From assembly GCA_963666285.1 (NCBI GenBank), contig OY762711.1: DNA of 64,000 nt; one strand, written 5' to 3'. The notes under the pieces are model-generated. The model was not told the origin of the DNA and searched no databases. It saw only the letters and a list, made by a program, of their open reading frames with translations. Positions 39,010-48,943 of this stretch are shown here, one piece after another. The first letter of the stretch is position 1, and every line of letters begins with the position of its first letter. Origin of the DNA: Sedimentisphaerales bacterium (GTDB taxonomy: Bacteria > Planctomycetota > Phycisphaerae > Sedimentisphaerales > SM23-30). The position numbers were made by a program, and so were the translations under genes.

Positions 39010-39760
39010 CCTGGATAATGTCGTTTTTATCACTTTCCACAAAAATATTACTGCCAGGTGAAACAGTGGTTTTGGTGGGCCCAGCATTCCTGTTTGGAAA
39101 TGCCTTTAACTTATCTAAAGCTACTTATTTTAAAAATATATGCCTATCGAGCAAGAAAATAACAATAAAAAGAAATAACCAAAGTTATTAACTGAAAATC
39201 ATGTTGCCTTGGCAAGGTTATAGGACGCTAACGGTGGTTTTTAAGCTTATCTGTTTGGTATTTATACAGGTTTTCCACATCAAATAAGTAAATTACAGTT
39301 GCCCTGTTAATAAAACACGAATTATAAATCAAATTAAAAAATTATAATTTTCATATTCACAAATTTTTGCAAACATTGCATATTTACCATATGTACATAT
39401 TTTACAGACACTTATGAAGAATGACTTTATTTGCCAAAATATGCAAGCCACTTAACCCAAACTTAACAGAATATTACTAACTACTGCGTACCGTAGTTTA
39501 TTAAAAAGTTATCCACAAATAATCCACAAAGGATGTTAGCAAAACACACATTTTCAACAATAAAGAAAAAAATCATAAAATATATCAGTAAATTATAAAA
39601 TACAGAAATTTAAAACTCAGACACTTGCATACCCAAACACCTCAAACAACCCACATTAACACCATATATACAATTATGTCAGCTTATTATACACTTTAAT
39701 AATTCAAATAATTGTGGAAAAGTAATTCAGTTTTTTTCAAATACGATTAATATTTGTGAT
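39010..39760. other. DnaA-box cluster, candidate replication origin (oriC)
   Basis: Perfect TTWTNCACA boxes at 39271, 39509 and 39713(-); single-mismatch boxes at 39033, 39305(-), 39353, 39520, 39551 and 39687; AT-rich 840-bp intergenic region. Confidence 0.7.
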
Positions 39761-39831
39761 ATAAAAAAAGCTGCTTTTGAAGTATATCTCAAAAACAGCT
39801 TGCTTATTTTTAATTGTAGTATAAATTTTTA

Positions 39832-40560
39832 TTAATTTTCTCTCAAACTTTGTAACTCTTTATCCAAAGGAGAAGTTTGCGGAACTTGCTTTCGCTGGAT
39901 GTTAATTTTAACACCCAACTCTCCAAGCCTCTTAGCAACACCTTCATATGTTTGATCTTCCTGTGCTGCCATCATCAGATATTGACGTTCTTTTTCGAGG
40001 TCACCTTTATCTCTATAATAATCAGCAAGAATCACTAATGGCTCAACATCTTTCTTCAAATAAGTACTTCCCGATCCCGGTCTGCTTTTTTGAAAAGCAT
40101 ACTCCAACGCATATGCTGCAAAAATTTCTTCGCCTTCTGCCAGATAATTTTTGCCTATCCGTATATATTCTCGCACCGGGGCATTAAGCCTTTTGAAATA
40201 ATTTTCTGCAGCAATGATAGCTTCATCCATTTTTCCGGATTTAACCAGTGCATTGATATAACCTTTTTGGGCTAACTCCATATTGGGATCATATTTAACA
40301 GCTAACTCATACTCCCATAAGGCTTTAGACATATTATTCTTTTTCTCATAGCAGACTGCAAGCCAATAATGAGTTGAGGAATGTTCAAAATAAGTATCAA
40401 GGCTTTTCTCTAAAAGTTCGATTGCCTGATCATATTTCGCATATTTAATGTATACTTTTGCTTTCTGGTTGTAATCTGTCGCTTCAGCGGCATTAAACAT
40501 TCCGCAACCGGAAATAAATAAAACTGCTATAAGCAACAATAAAGTACAAACTTTTTTCAT
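39832..40560 (-). CDS. TPR-repeat lipoprotein
   Basis: MKKVCTLLLLIAVLFISG-C lipobox; TPR patterns (AIELLEKSL, YELAVKYDP). Confidence 0.82.
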   Translation of the reverse strand: MKKVCTLLLLIAVLFISGCGMFNAAEATDYNQKAKVYIKYAKYDQAIELLEKSLDTYFEHSSTHYWLAVCYEKKNNMSKALWEYELAVKYDPNMELAQKGYINALVKSGKMDEAIIAAENYFKRLNAPVREYIRIGKNYLAEGEEIFAAYALEYAFQKSRPGSGSTYLKKDVEPLVILADYYRDKGDLEKERQYLMMAAQEDQTYEGVAKRLGELGVKINIQRKQVPQTSPLDKELQSLREN

Positions 40561-40692
40561 AGTTTGCTCCAACGTAATGGGTTATGTTTCTTCTAAAATT
40601 ATCCTGTTAATTAATAGTAATATCAATACCGGTTATATTCAAGGAAAAAAGCCGGTAGTGATTAGTGCAGCACAACTTATACACTATTGATA

Positions 40693-40932
40693 TCAAGTTG
40701 AAAATGGACATCCGCCACCGGCACATCCGCCTCCTGGGTTCATTCCACAGGAACCATCCGGTAACTGACAATTCGAACCACTGTTGTTACTCTGGGCTGA
40801 AAATGAGCTTACCTGTCGAGCGGCACTACCGCCACACTTTGGACATTTAACTTTTGTCTTACTATTGATACTTAAAGTGAACTCTTCGAACTTATTGCCG
40901 CATTTTTCACAGCTATATTCGTATATTGGCAT
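40693..40932 (-). CDS. FmdB-family zinc ribbon protein
   Basis: MPIYEYSCEKCG...CPKCGG. Confidence 0.9.
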   Translation of the reverse strand: MPIYEYSCEKCGNKFEEFTLSINSKTKVKCPKCGGSAARQVSSFSAQSNNSGSNCQLPDGSCGMNPGGGCAGGGCPFST

Positions 40933-41115
40933 TTTAACTCCACTTATATTTATAAAGATATTGTTTCAATAAAAAAACTCAAACGAGGTGCCCCCGCCCG
41001 AGTTATAAATATTATACATTAATTGTAATTAGATTACAAACTGTACAAATTGTATTTAATGTATTTCAATTTAGCTGCCAGGATAATGCTAAATATCGAC
41101 ACCAACAGTTACTAT

Positions 41116-42705
41116 TCAATCCCGAAAGTTTTCTTTCGCGATATAGTTTTGCAGAAGCAAACCAGATATCAAAATCACTAAAGTACCAGCAACTGGAATT
41201 AAAAATGCATGGAAATGACTTTGTAAATAATCCGGTAATTCTTTGATTAATGGAGATATCGTCATCCAGGCTATAGTCAGCAGCCCCAAAATTACAGACG
41301 TAACAGCAACAGGACTATTCACTCTACTAGATATCAGACCAAGCAAAAACAAACCAAGCATACCTCCTCCGAGTATCCCGGACATCACCCACCAGGCATC
41401 CAGTGCACTAGATATATTGATTAATAACAACGCAAGCCCGGTGCCCAAAAATCCCCACAATATAGTTGCTCCATAAAGCACTTTCATAAATTGTCTTTCT
41501 GAGATTTCCGGTCTGAAATATCTTTGATACCAATCAGTCGCCAACAATGTAGCAGATGAATTAAGACTGGTAGATATTGTACTCATTGCCGCTGCGAAAA
41601 TTGCTGCTACCAGCAACCCTTTAAGCCCCACAGGCAACATTCCGCCAATGAAATGTGGAAAGATTTTATCACCTATATCCTGCGCGGTCAGTTTAGAAAT
41701 TTTCTCATCCATCTTTAACGCATACTCAGGATCGCTGCAGTTAACACCATCCTGAATTAATTGCTGCTCGGCTACCTGGCAGCGAACATCTTCAAGATAT
41801 TCTGGACTAACCTCATAAAAAGAAAATAATCCGGTTCCTATAAAAAAGAAAATCGCCGAAACCGGAAGATATAACAAACTACCAAGCCAGATACTTTTCT
41901 TTGCCTCAAGGTCACTTTTAGATGCGATATATCTCTGCACATAACTCTGGTCAATTCCAAAATTCTGGAGGTTAATTATAACACCATATAATAATACAAC
42001 CCAAAATGTCGATTCTGTCAAAGATACTGAAAAACTGCCAAGACTAAATTTATTATTGTCAGAAGCAATATCAAAAAGTTGAGTACAACCAGCAGGCATA
42101 TTAAACAAAAGCAAAGCTGCACAAAACAATGCTCCTGCCATCAAAACAACGGCCTGGAAAGCATCTGTCCAAATTACCGCTACTATCCCGCCAATCAACG
42201 AATAAAAAGTAACCGAAACACCTGTAACAAGTAGTATAATTCGGATATCGCAATTCAGCAGCATACTCATTGGTAAAGCCATCAGGTACATAACAACAGC
42301 AATACGAGCCAACTGTGTCAATACATAAAAAATACTGGCATACATCCTGGCCCAGACACCAAATCGTTTTTCCAGATGTGCATACGCAGAAATATCACCT
42401 GTCTTACGATAATAAGGTAAGAAATATCTTACCGCGATAAACGCAGCAACCGGCAGTGACAAACTAAACACAAATGGATTCCAGTTGCCGGCATATGATT
42501 TTCCGGGAAGCCCAAGGAAACTTATACTACTGAGATATGTTGCGAAAATCGACAGCCCACACACCCAACCCGGCAATGAGCGATTAGCTGCAGTAAAGCC
42601 TTCACGCGACCTGCTCTTTCGATAAAAATAAAAGCCGATACTCATTGTACCAGCAAAATATATAACTAATACAATCCAGTCGATTTTTGATAAATGATTA
42701 TGCAT
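41116..42705 (-). CDS. Sodium:solute symporter (SSS family)
   Basis: SIFATYLSSISFLG, VIWTDAFQ, DQSYVQRY, AAIFAAAMST. Confidence 0.93.
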   Translation of the reverse strand: MHNHLSKIDWIVLVIYFAGTMSIGFYFYRKSRSREGFTAANRSLPGWVCGLSIFATYLSSISFLGLPGKSYAGNWNPFVFSLSLPVAAFIAVRYFLPYYRKTGDISAYAHLEKRFGVWARMYASIFYVLTQLARIAVVMYLMALPMSMLLNCDIRIILLVTGVSVTFYSLIGGIVAVIWTDAFQAVVLMAGALFCAALLLFNMPAGCTQLFDIASDNNKFSLGSFSVSLTESTFWVVLLYGVIINLQNFGIDQSYVQRYIASKSDLEAKKSIWLGSLLYLPVSAIFFFIGTGLFSFYEVSPEYLEDVRCQVAEQQLIQDGVNCSDPEYALKMDEKISKLTAQDIGDKIFPHFIGGMLPVGLKGLLVAAIFAAAMSTISTSLNSSATLLATDWYQRYFRPEISERQFMKVLYGATILWGFLGTGLALLLINISSALDAWWVMSGILGGGMLGLFLLGLISSRVNSPVAVTSVILGLLTIAWMTISPLIKELPDYLQSHFHAFLIPVAGTLVILISGLLLQNYIAKENFRD

Positions 42706-42719
42706 AACTTCCCCGAATT

Positions 42720-43625
42720 TTAAATATTCTTCTCATCAAATGTTTCCAAGAAGCTATTTATCATCTTCTTCTGCTCATTATCTATTACCTGACTGCGATC
42801 TGCCATTATTTCGCTGCATATATTTTTACAGCTAAGTGCATACTTAAGCCCCATTAAATAATCAGGATTATAAACATGGCTTACAATAGATTCCACTATA
42901 GCTTGTAATCGCTGCACCTCAGACTTATTATTACTCACAGCAGCATTATAAAGTTTAACATAAAGTGACGGAAACAGATTTGCACCACCGGTAATACCAC
43001 CATCGGCACCCATTGGAACAGCACCTGCCACCAAGTGTTCATAACCCATCGAAACAGCCCAATCAGGTTTTAGCTTTTTCAGCTCAAGCGCTTCTTTAAA
43101 AAAGTCCATATTAGCGGAACTGTCTTTTATTCCTATAACATTTTTAAATCTTAATAATCTATTAATTACCTCGATTTTGAAAACAATATCGTCCTGACCC
43201 GGTCTGTTATAAAAACACACCGGCAATGGACATTGCTGTAAATACCCTTCACAATATGCAAGGTTTTCTTCCTGTGAAATTGGATAATATGGTGCAGCCA
43301 GAACCATACAGTCAACCTTATTATCCGACGAAACTTTCGTTAACTCAATTGCCTCATTTAATGGAGTATTAATAATTCCTACAAATACGGTTGTACGCCC
43401 ACCGGCATAACTGCAGGATTCTTCTATTATCCTGCATTTCCACTCATAACTCAGATCCGGGCATTCACCTGTTGTTCCAAGGATAAATATCCCGTCAACA
43501 CCTCCATCTATTACTCTATCAATTACCTTGCGAAGATCATTGATATCCGGTTCATCCGGTGTTTTCATTGGCGTTACAAGTGGTACTATTATCCCATCCA
43601 GCAATGTTTGCTTTTTCTTATTCAT
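42720..43625 (-). CDS. DHDPS/NAL-family class I aldolase
   Basis: GIIVPLVTP, LGTTGE, FYNRP, IGIKDSS. Confidence 0.9.
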   Translation of the reverse strand: MNKKKQTLLDGIIVPLVTPMKTPDEPDINDLRKVIDRVIDGGVDGIFILGTTGECPDLSYEWKCRIIEESCSYAGGRTTVFVGIINTPLNEAIELTKVSSDNKVDCMVLAAPYYPISQEENLAYCEGYLQQCPLPVCFYNRPGQDDIVFKIEVINRLLRFKNVIGIKDSSANMDFFKEALELKKLKPDWAVSMGYEHLVAGAVPMGADGGITGGANLFPSLYVKLYNAAVSNNKSEVQRLQAIVESIVSHVYNPDYLMGLKYALSCKNICSEIMADRSQVIDNEQKKMINSFLETFDEKNI

Positions 43626-43833
43626 TATTATTATCCAATATCAGGTAAATCATTACATGTATTTATTTTTCGCTAATCGTCTGAAACATCCAAATATAAT
43701 ATACAGCCCCCTTAACCGGTTCATCTGCTCATGCCTCAGCATAAACATGCTCGACCAGTAATATTAAAGAATAATAACATATATTACTCTTTAACATTCC
43801 AGACACAATTCTCACTAATTAAACTGCCATCTC

Positions 43834-45414
43834 CTACTCAACCCTTTTGATTTGCAAAGCCATGTATTGCCTGCCCGGCAATTGAATCTTTGACTTATCC
43901 TTGTCAATATAGCTGTAACGATTAAATTTTTCAACTTCAAATACCTGCTCAATCGACGTTATGTTCATATTCCAGGTGTCAATCAAATCCGCACAAAACT
44001 TCATTCCCGGCTTCAGCTTTTCCTTTGGCAACTTAAACTGCCATTCTGTTATCGGGTCTTTACCAAAATAGATCAAATAATAACTGCCATACTGACCGCC
44101 AATATTGGTCTCAAATAACTGATCGATCGGATCCAGTCCTGCTGCCGGTCCGTCATTCACTATCTCTTTCAAAAACGCAATCCGCCTGGGACTAGTTCCA
44201 TGCAGTTGTCCACCCATTGATATCCAGGTATTTGTCGGGTCATCTGTTGTCTGCAAGACCTCACCGTGCGTTACATACGCCCCGCCGACATAAGCATTCC
44301 AGAATCGATACACCATCTGTTCACCGCTTAACTGGCCCCAGCGAGATTCAATATTACCTTCGTAATTAATCTCATCATGAACAACAGGCTTTTGATACAA
44401 ATCCCGCAGCATCGGCGAGATACCCGGCCAGCGAACTGCCATATAATACTGCAAACTTACATGTGTCACCCACGGCTTATTATAATCATAGGGCCTGTCA
44501 GCATTATGAATCGATCGCAAATGCCCATACAAATCACAGCTTTCAACAACCTGGAAAAGGTGATCCCAATCATCATCTGTCAAACTCTTTATATAGCTGT
44601 TTTCATTTGCCAGACTCCACCATATATTACGAAACGCGCCAAACCTCGCAACCACATACCTGACAAAACGCTCATTTGTTACCATATCAAGTGTATCAAA
44701 ACCCCATTTACCTTTATCGTAAGGACGAAATAATATCAGGTCAGTCTCAATCCCAATATCTTGCAGCTGCTTTATACATTCTTCCATATGCCGAAAAAAT
44801 TCAGGATCAAATCTGGAAAAATCCCAGTTCTCCTTCGAATCACCTATATAAGGAAAATGCTCGAGCCGCTCCGGCCCTTTAGCATATTTATCCCTGTAAT
44901 TCGGTACCAGCAGCATACGTACCTTATTAAAAGGTGAACTCTTCAAAGTTTCCAGCGTCTGCTGTCGAACATGCTCCGGTTGAAATGCCCATTCATATAA
45001 TGTTGTACCAAAAACAAAAAATGGTGTCCCATCTTCATAACCAAAATGATACTGGTTTCGTATCCGAACCGGCCCGTGATTATCCGCAGATGGTTTAACA
45101 CAAGTAAATTCACCAACCTTATCATTCAATGCCTCTCGATTACTCTTTGTCCGGTAGGTCCATAATCCTTCTTTGCCAGGCATAAATCGTACCCGATAGA
45201 CTCCATCGCCATCGTAAAAACCTTCCTGTTCGACTTGCGTTTCGTCATTTTCGAACACAGCACTAAACCGTACCCCAATAAACGGATTCCCCCCTGTCGG
45301 TCCGTTCAATGAAAGTTCGAAATAATCCCATCTCTCAACTGTATCTGAAGCAAAACAAACACAATTCAGAATAAACAGTGCAATAAATGCCAAAACTTTT
45401 TTTATCATCAACAT
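43834..45414 (-). CDS. DUF5060/DUF4038-type secreted glycoside hydrolase-like protein
   Basis: VERWDYFEL, GFYDGDGVYRVRFMP, WWSLANE, SIHN, HDEINYEG. Confidence 0.75.
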   Translation of the reverse strand: MLMIKKVLAFIALFILNCVCFASDTVERWDYFELSLNGPTGGNPFIGVRFSAVFENDETQVEQEGFYDGDGVYRVRFMPGKEGLWTYRTKSNREALNDKVGEFTCVKPSADNHGPVRIRNQYHFGYEDGTPFFVFGTTLYEWAFQPEHVRQQTLETLKSSPFNKVRMLLVPNYRDKYAKGPERLEHFPYIGDSKENWDFSRFDPEFFRHMEECIKQLQDIGIETDLILFRPYDKGKWGFDTLDMVTNERFVRYVVARFGAFRNIWWSLANENSYIKSLTDDDWDHLFQVVESCDLYGHLRSIHNADRPYDYNKPWVTHVSLQYYMAVRWPGISPMLRDLYQKPVVHDEINYEGNIESRWGQLSGEQMVYRFWNAYVGGAYVTHGEVLQTTDDPTNTWISMGGQLHGTSPRRIAFLKEIVNDGPAAGLDPIDQLFETNIGGQYGSYYLIYFGKDPITEWQFKLPKEKLKPGMKFCADLIDTWNMNITSIEQVFEVEKFNRYSYIDKDKSKIQLPGRQYMALQIKRVE

Positions 45415-45436
45415 ACCTCCTATAAATAAGCGATGA

Positions 45437-46591
45437 TCATCTTGATCCTAATTTTCTTCGGTATTCAATTGGGGTCATTCCAGTTTCTTTTTTGAATATC
45501 CTGGAAACATGCTTAATATCATCAAATTCCATTCTATACCCAATCTGTTGAATCGTAAAGTTTGTATTTAATAACTGCCTGCACATCTCAGCGATTCTTT
45601 CTCTGTGGATCTCCTGGCTGATACTTCGGTTTAGCACTTTTCGAAAACGTAACTGTAATGCCCTGAGAGATAACAAAGAGTTTTTATGTACATCCGTAAC
45701 TGTAATTGCTCGCCTGGCATTATTCCTTACAAAATTCACTGCATTAGCAACCTCAATATCTTCTATCTCCAGAATATCCGTTGAAGCCCGGCACACTATT
45801 TCTGTCGGGCGGCAGCAAAGCTCTGATATATCAGACACCTCTCGTTTCGACAACATCCCATCTATGGTCTCTGCAGCATTAAAGCCAACCGTTTCGAAAT
45901 TCATCTGGATACTACTCAAAGGCGGATTTGTCAGAGTACATATCATTTCATCATTGTCAACACCAACGATTGCAACTTGATTCGGTATCTTAAACTTACA
46001 TTCTACACAGGCTTCTATTAATTCGGCTGCCCTCTCATCATTGCACGCCATTATCGCAATTGGAAACTTCAAAGTTTTGAGCCACTGAACCAGAATTTCG
46101 CCTGTCGCCTTTTCTGGTGCTACCGAAAGGCCAAAGCCTGCTGAACGTATGACCTTGGAAAATGACTCCTGACGACTTGTGTTCCAATGAAAATTCATAC
46201 CACAATATCCAAAACTCTTGAATCCCAAACCAATAAGATATTCGGCTGCCATAGAACCGGTTTTTTCATCCTGAGCTATATTAATCATACCTTCTACCCG
46301 ACTTGAAACCGGCAGAATTACCGCTGGAAATCCGCAGGAACGAATCTTTTCTACTAATATTTCATCATCAGGAAGATATCCTATTAAACCATCAGCATCA
46401 AGAGTTTCCAGCTTGTGCCATATCTCATCATTTGATGATTGACCGGCAAAAGTCAGCCTTTGAAATAACGGACTTAATCGATAAAAAGTCCATTCACCCC
46501 GAAGATTAGAATAATTTACGATTCCACGAATTAACCCCCTGTCAGCTGAACGGGAACTATCAAGCATTAATATTATTTTGCGTTTTTTCAT
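45437..46591 (-). CDS. XylR-type regulator (periplasmic-binding fold plus AraC HTH)
   Basis: IPNQVAIVGVDND, PPLSSI, SLRALQLRFRK, FKKETGMTPIEYR. Confidence 0.9.
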   Translation of the reverse strand: MKKRKIILMLDSSRSADRGLIRGIVNYSNLRGEWTFYRLSPLFQRLTFAGQSSNDEIWHKLETLDADGLIGYLPDDEILVEKIRSCGFPAVILPVSSRVEGMINIAQDEKTGSMAAEYLIGLGFKSFGYCGMNFHWNTSRQESFSKVIRSAGFGLSVAPEKATGEILVQWLKTLKFPIAIMACNDERAAELIEACVECKFKIPNQVAIVGVDNDEMICTLTNPPLSSIQMNFETVGFNAAETIDGMLSKREVSDISELCCRPTEIVCRASTDILEIEDIEVANAVNFVRNNARRAITVTDVHKNSLLSLRALQLRFRKVLNRSISQEIHRERIAEMCRQLLNTNFTIQQIGYRMEFDDIKHVSRIFKKETGMTPIEYRRKLGSR

Positions 46592-46657
46592 TCTGTAATC
46601 TCATAAAATACCTTAATTTATATAGTATACCTTTTGATTTATATTATGCAATTACAT

Positions 46658-46694
46658 TGCGCATATTGGCGTTATTTATGCGCGTATTGGCGTT
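46658..46694. promoter_or_regulatory. Direct-repeat operator in the divergent promoter (likely XylR/AraC-type)
   Basis: TGCGCATATTGGCGTT (46658) and TGCGCGTATTGGCGTT (46679), 21-bp period. Confidence 0.7.
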
Positions 46695-46728
46695 CGCTTA
46701 AATATAAATTATTGTAATATATAATCTT

Positions 46729-47787
46729 ATGAAACACTCTCAACATTTTCCTCCTGGAGTTCCTATGACACATAACTCTGAATCCAGCGAAACAATTATT
46801 GACCCGTCTAAAGTACCTTGCCATTTTCTTAACAGCGGCACCGGGATTCCTGCCATCGGTCTCGGTACTTTTGGCTCTGATCATATATCTGCCCAGACAA
46901 TAGCAGAAACAGTTAATAATGCCATAGCTTTTGGCTATCGCCACATCGACTGCGCTTCGGTATACGGCAACGAAAAAGAAATAGGTAATGTACTTGGTAA
47001 TATTATTTCATCAGGTAATGTCCGACGAGAAGAGTTGTGGATCACTTCCAAAGCGTGGAACGATATGCATAATAATATAGTCGCTTCCTGCAAACAGAGT
47101 CTGAGCGATCTGCAGCTGGATTATCTTGACCTGTATTTGATTCACTGGCCGTTCCCAAATTATCATGCACCGGGTTGCGATGTTTCATCACGCAATCCAA
47201 ACTCTAAACCATACATCCATGAGAATTTCATGCATACCTGGCACCAGATGCAGCAGCTCAAAAAAGAAGGACTTGTCAAACATATCGGTACTTCAAATAT
47301 GACAATACCAAAACTTAAATTGCTTTTGAAAGATTGTGAAATAGCTCCGGCATGCAATGAAATGGAACTTCATCCCCACTTCCAGCAACAGGAACTATTT
47401 GATTACTGTATAGAAAATAATATTTTACCAATCGGATATTGTCCTATTGGTTCACCCGGCCGACCAGATAGAGACCGTACACCCGAAGATACTGTTGATA
47501 TGGAAGATCCGGCCATTAAAGCAATCGCTGAAAAACATAATATTCATCCTGCTTCCGTATGTATAAAGTGGGCAATCCAACGAGGGCAAATTCCAATACC
47601 ATTCTCTGTTAACAATTATAAATCAAATCTGATCGCTTCTGTTAGCGAACCTTTAACACGGGAAGAAATGGAACAAATTTCCAGGATTGATAAAAACTGT
47701 CGACTCATCAAAGGGCAGGTTTTTCTTTGGAAAGACAATCAGAGCTGGGAAGACCTTTGGGATCTGGACGGAAACATTAAGCAATAA
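46729..47787 (+). CDS. Aldo/keto reductase
   Basis: IPAIGLGTF, GYRHIDCASVYGNE, LDYLDLYLIHWP. Confidence 0.93.
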   Translation: MKHSQHFPPGVPMTHNSESSETIIDPSKVPCHFLNSGTGIPAIGLGTFGSDHISAQTIAETVNNAIAFGYRHIDCASVYGNEKEIGNVLGNIISSGNVRREELWITSKAWNDMHNNIVASCKQSLSDLQLDYLDLYLIHWPFPNYHAPGCDVSSRNPNSKPYIHENFMHTWHQMQQLKKEGLVKHIGTSNMTIPKLKLLLKDCEIAPACNEMELHPHFQQQELFDYCIENNILPIGYCPIGSPGRPDRDRTPEDTVDMEDPAIKAIAEKHNIHPASVCIKWAIQRGQIPIPFSVNNYKSNLIASVSEPLTREEMEQISRIDKNCRLIKGQVFLWKDNQSWEDLWDLDGNIKQ

Positions 47788-47851
47788 CACTTTGCGTTTT
47801 ATGATTGAAGACTAACGCTATTGAACTTTTGTAAAGAAATCGAGCTAAAAA

Positions 47852-48916
47852 ATGAAAATAATGACAGGCGCTATTTTACCCGGCAACAGCACCGTTGAAT
47901 TAAAGGATTTTAAAATACCAGTACCAGGCTACGGCGAAGTTTTAATAAAAATGAAGTCATCTACCATATGCGGTTCTGATATTCGGTGTATTTATCACGA
48001 ACATCTTGGCAAAGGCCCGGAAGGATATCAACCGGGAATGATTGCCGGGCATGAACCGTCCGGTCAGATTGTCCAAACTGGCCCAGGATGCCGAAAGTTT
48101 ACCAGCGGTGATCGCGTTATAATCTACCACATTTCCGGCTGTGGTCTATGCAATGACTGCCGTAGAGGTTATATGATTTCCTGCTCCAGTGATAAATATC
48201 GCCGCGCTTATGGCTGGCAGCGCGATGGAGGAATGGCAGAATATATACTCGCCGAGGAAAAAGATCTCGTCCTGCTACCAAATCAGTTAAACTATAGCGA
48301 CGGTGCCCAAGTCGCATGTGGGTTTGGAACGGCCTACGAGGGTCTGGAAAAAATTGGTATCTGTGGTAATGATGCGGTTTTAATTACCGGACTTGGGCCT
48401 GTCGGACTTGCAACTGCTATGCTGGCCAAGGCTATGGGTGCACAAAAAATTATCGGTGTAGAAGTAATCGATGAAAGAATTAAAATCGCACAAAAATTAG
48501 CTCTCTTTGACAATGTTATTAAGGCCAACCCCGATAACGTGGAAGAGATCAAAAGTTTAACCGGAAATATGGGCGTCGAAAAATCTGTCGACTGTTCTGC
48601 TAATGAAAAAGCCAGGCTTACCTGCATTCAGGCTACTCGTAAATGGGGTAGTATTGTTTTCCTAGGCGAAGGAGGTACCTGCTTATTCCAGCCTTCTCCA
48701 GATATTATACATGACCAAAAAACAATTTACGGTTCTTGGGTTACGAATATCTGGCGTATGGAAGAACTGGTCGAACGTATTGTTCGATGGGGCATCCGGC
48801 CGGAGCTACTTATTACCCATAGGTTCACCCTTGATAACGTTTCAGATGCTTATGAATTAATGGCAAGCGGCCAATGTGGGAAAGTGGCTGTTGTATTTGA
48901 TGAAGAAACTAAATAA
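47852..48916 (+). CDS. Zinc-dependent (MDR) alcohol/polyol dehydrogenase
   Basis: ICGSD, GHE, CGLCNDCRRG...C, GLGPVG. Confidence 0.93.
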   Translation: MKIMTGAILPGNSTVELKDFKIPVPGYGEVLIKMKSSTICGSDIRCIYHEHLGKGPEGYQPGMIAGHEPSGQIVQTGPGCRKFTSGDRVIIYHISGCGLCNDCRRGYMISCSSDKYRRAYGWQRDGGMAEYILAEEKDLVLLPNQLNYSDGAQVACGFGTAYEGLEKIGICGNDAVLITGLGPVGLATAMLAKAMGAQKIIGVEVIDERIKIAQKLALFDNVIKANPDNVEEIKSLTGNMGVEKSVDCSANEKARLTCIQATRKWGSIVFLGEGGTCLFQPSPDIIHDQKTIYGSWVTNIWRMEELVERIVRWGIRPELLITHRFTLDNVSDAYELMASGQCGKVAVVFDEETK

Positions 48917-48943
48917 CTTTTTGTTTTTTATTAAGGTATACCA

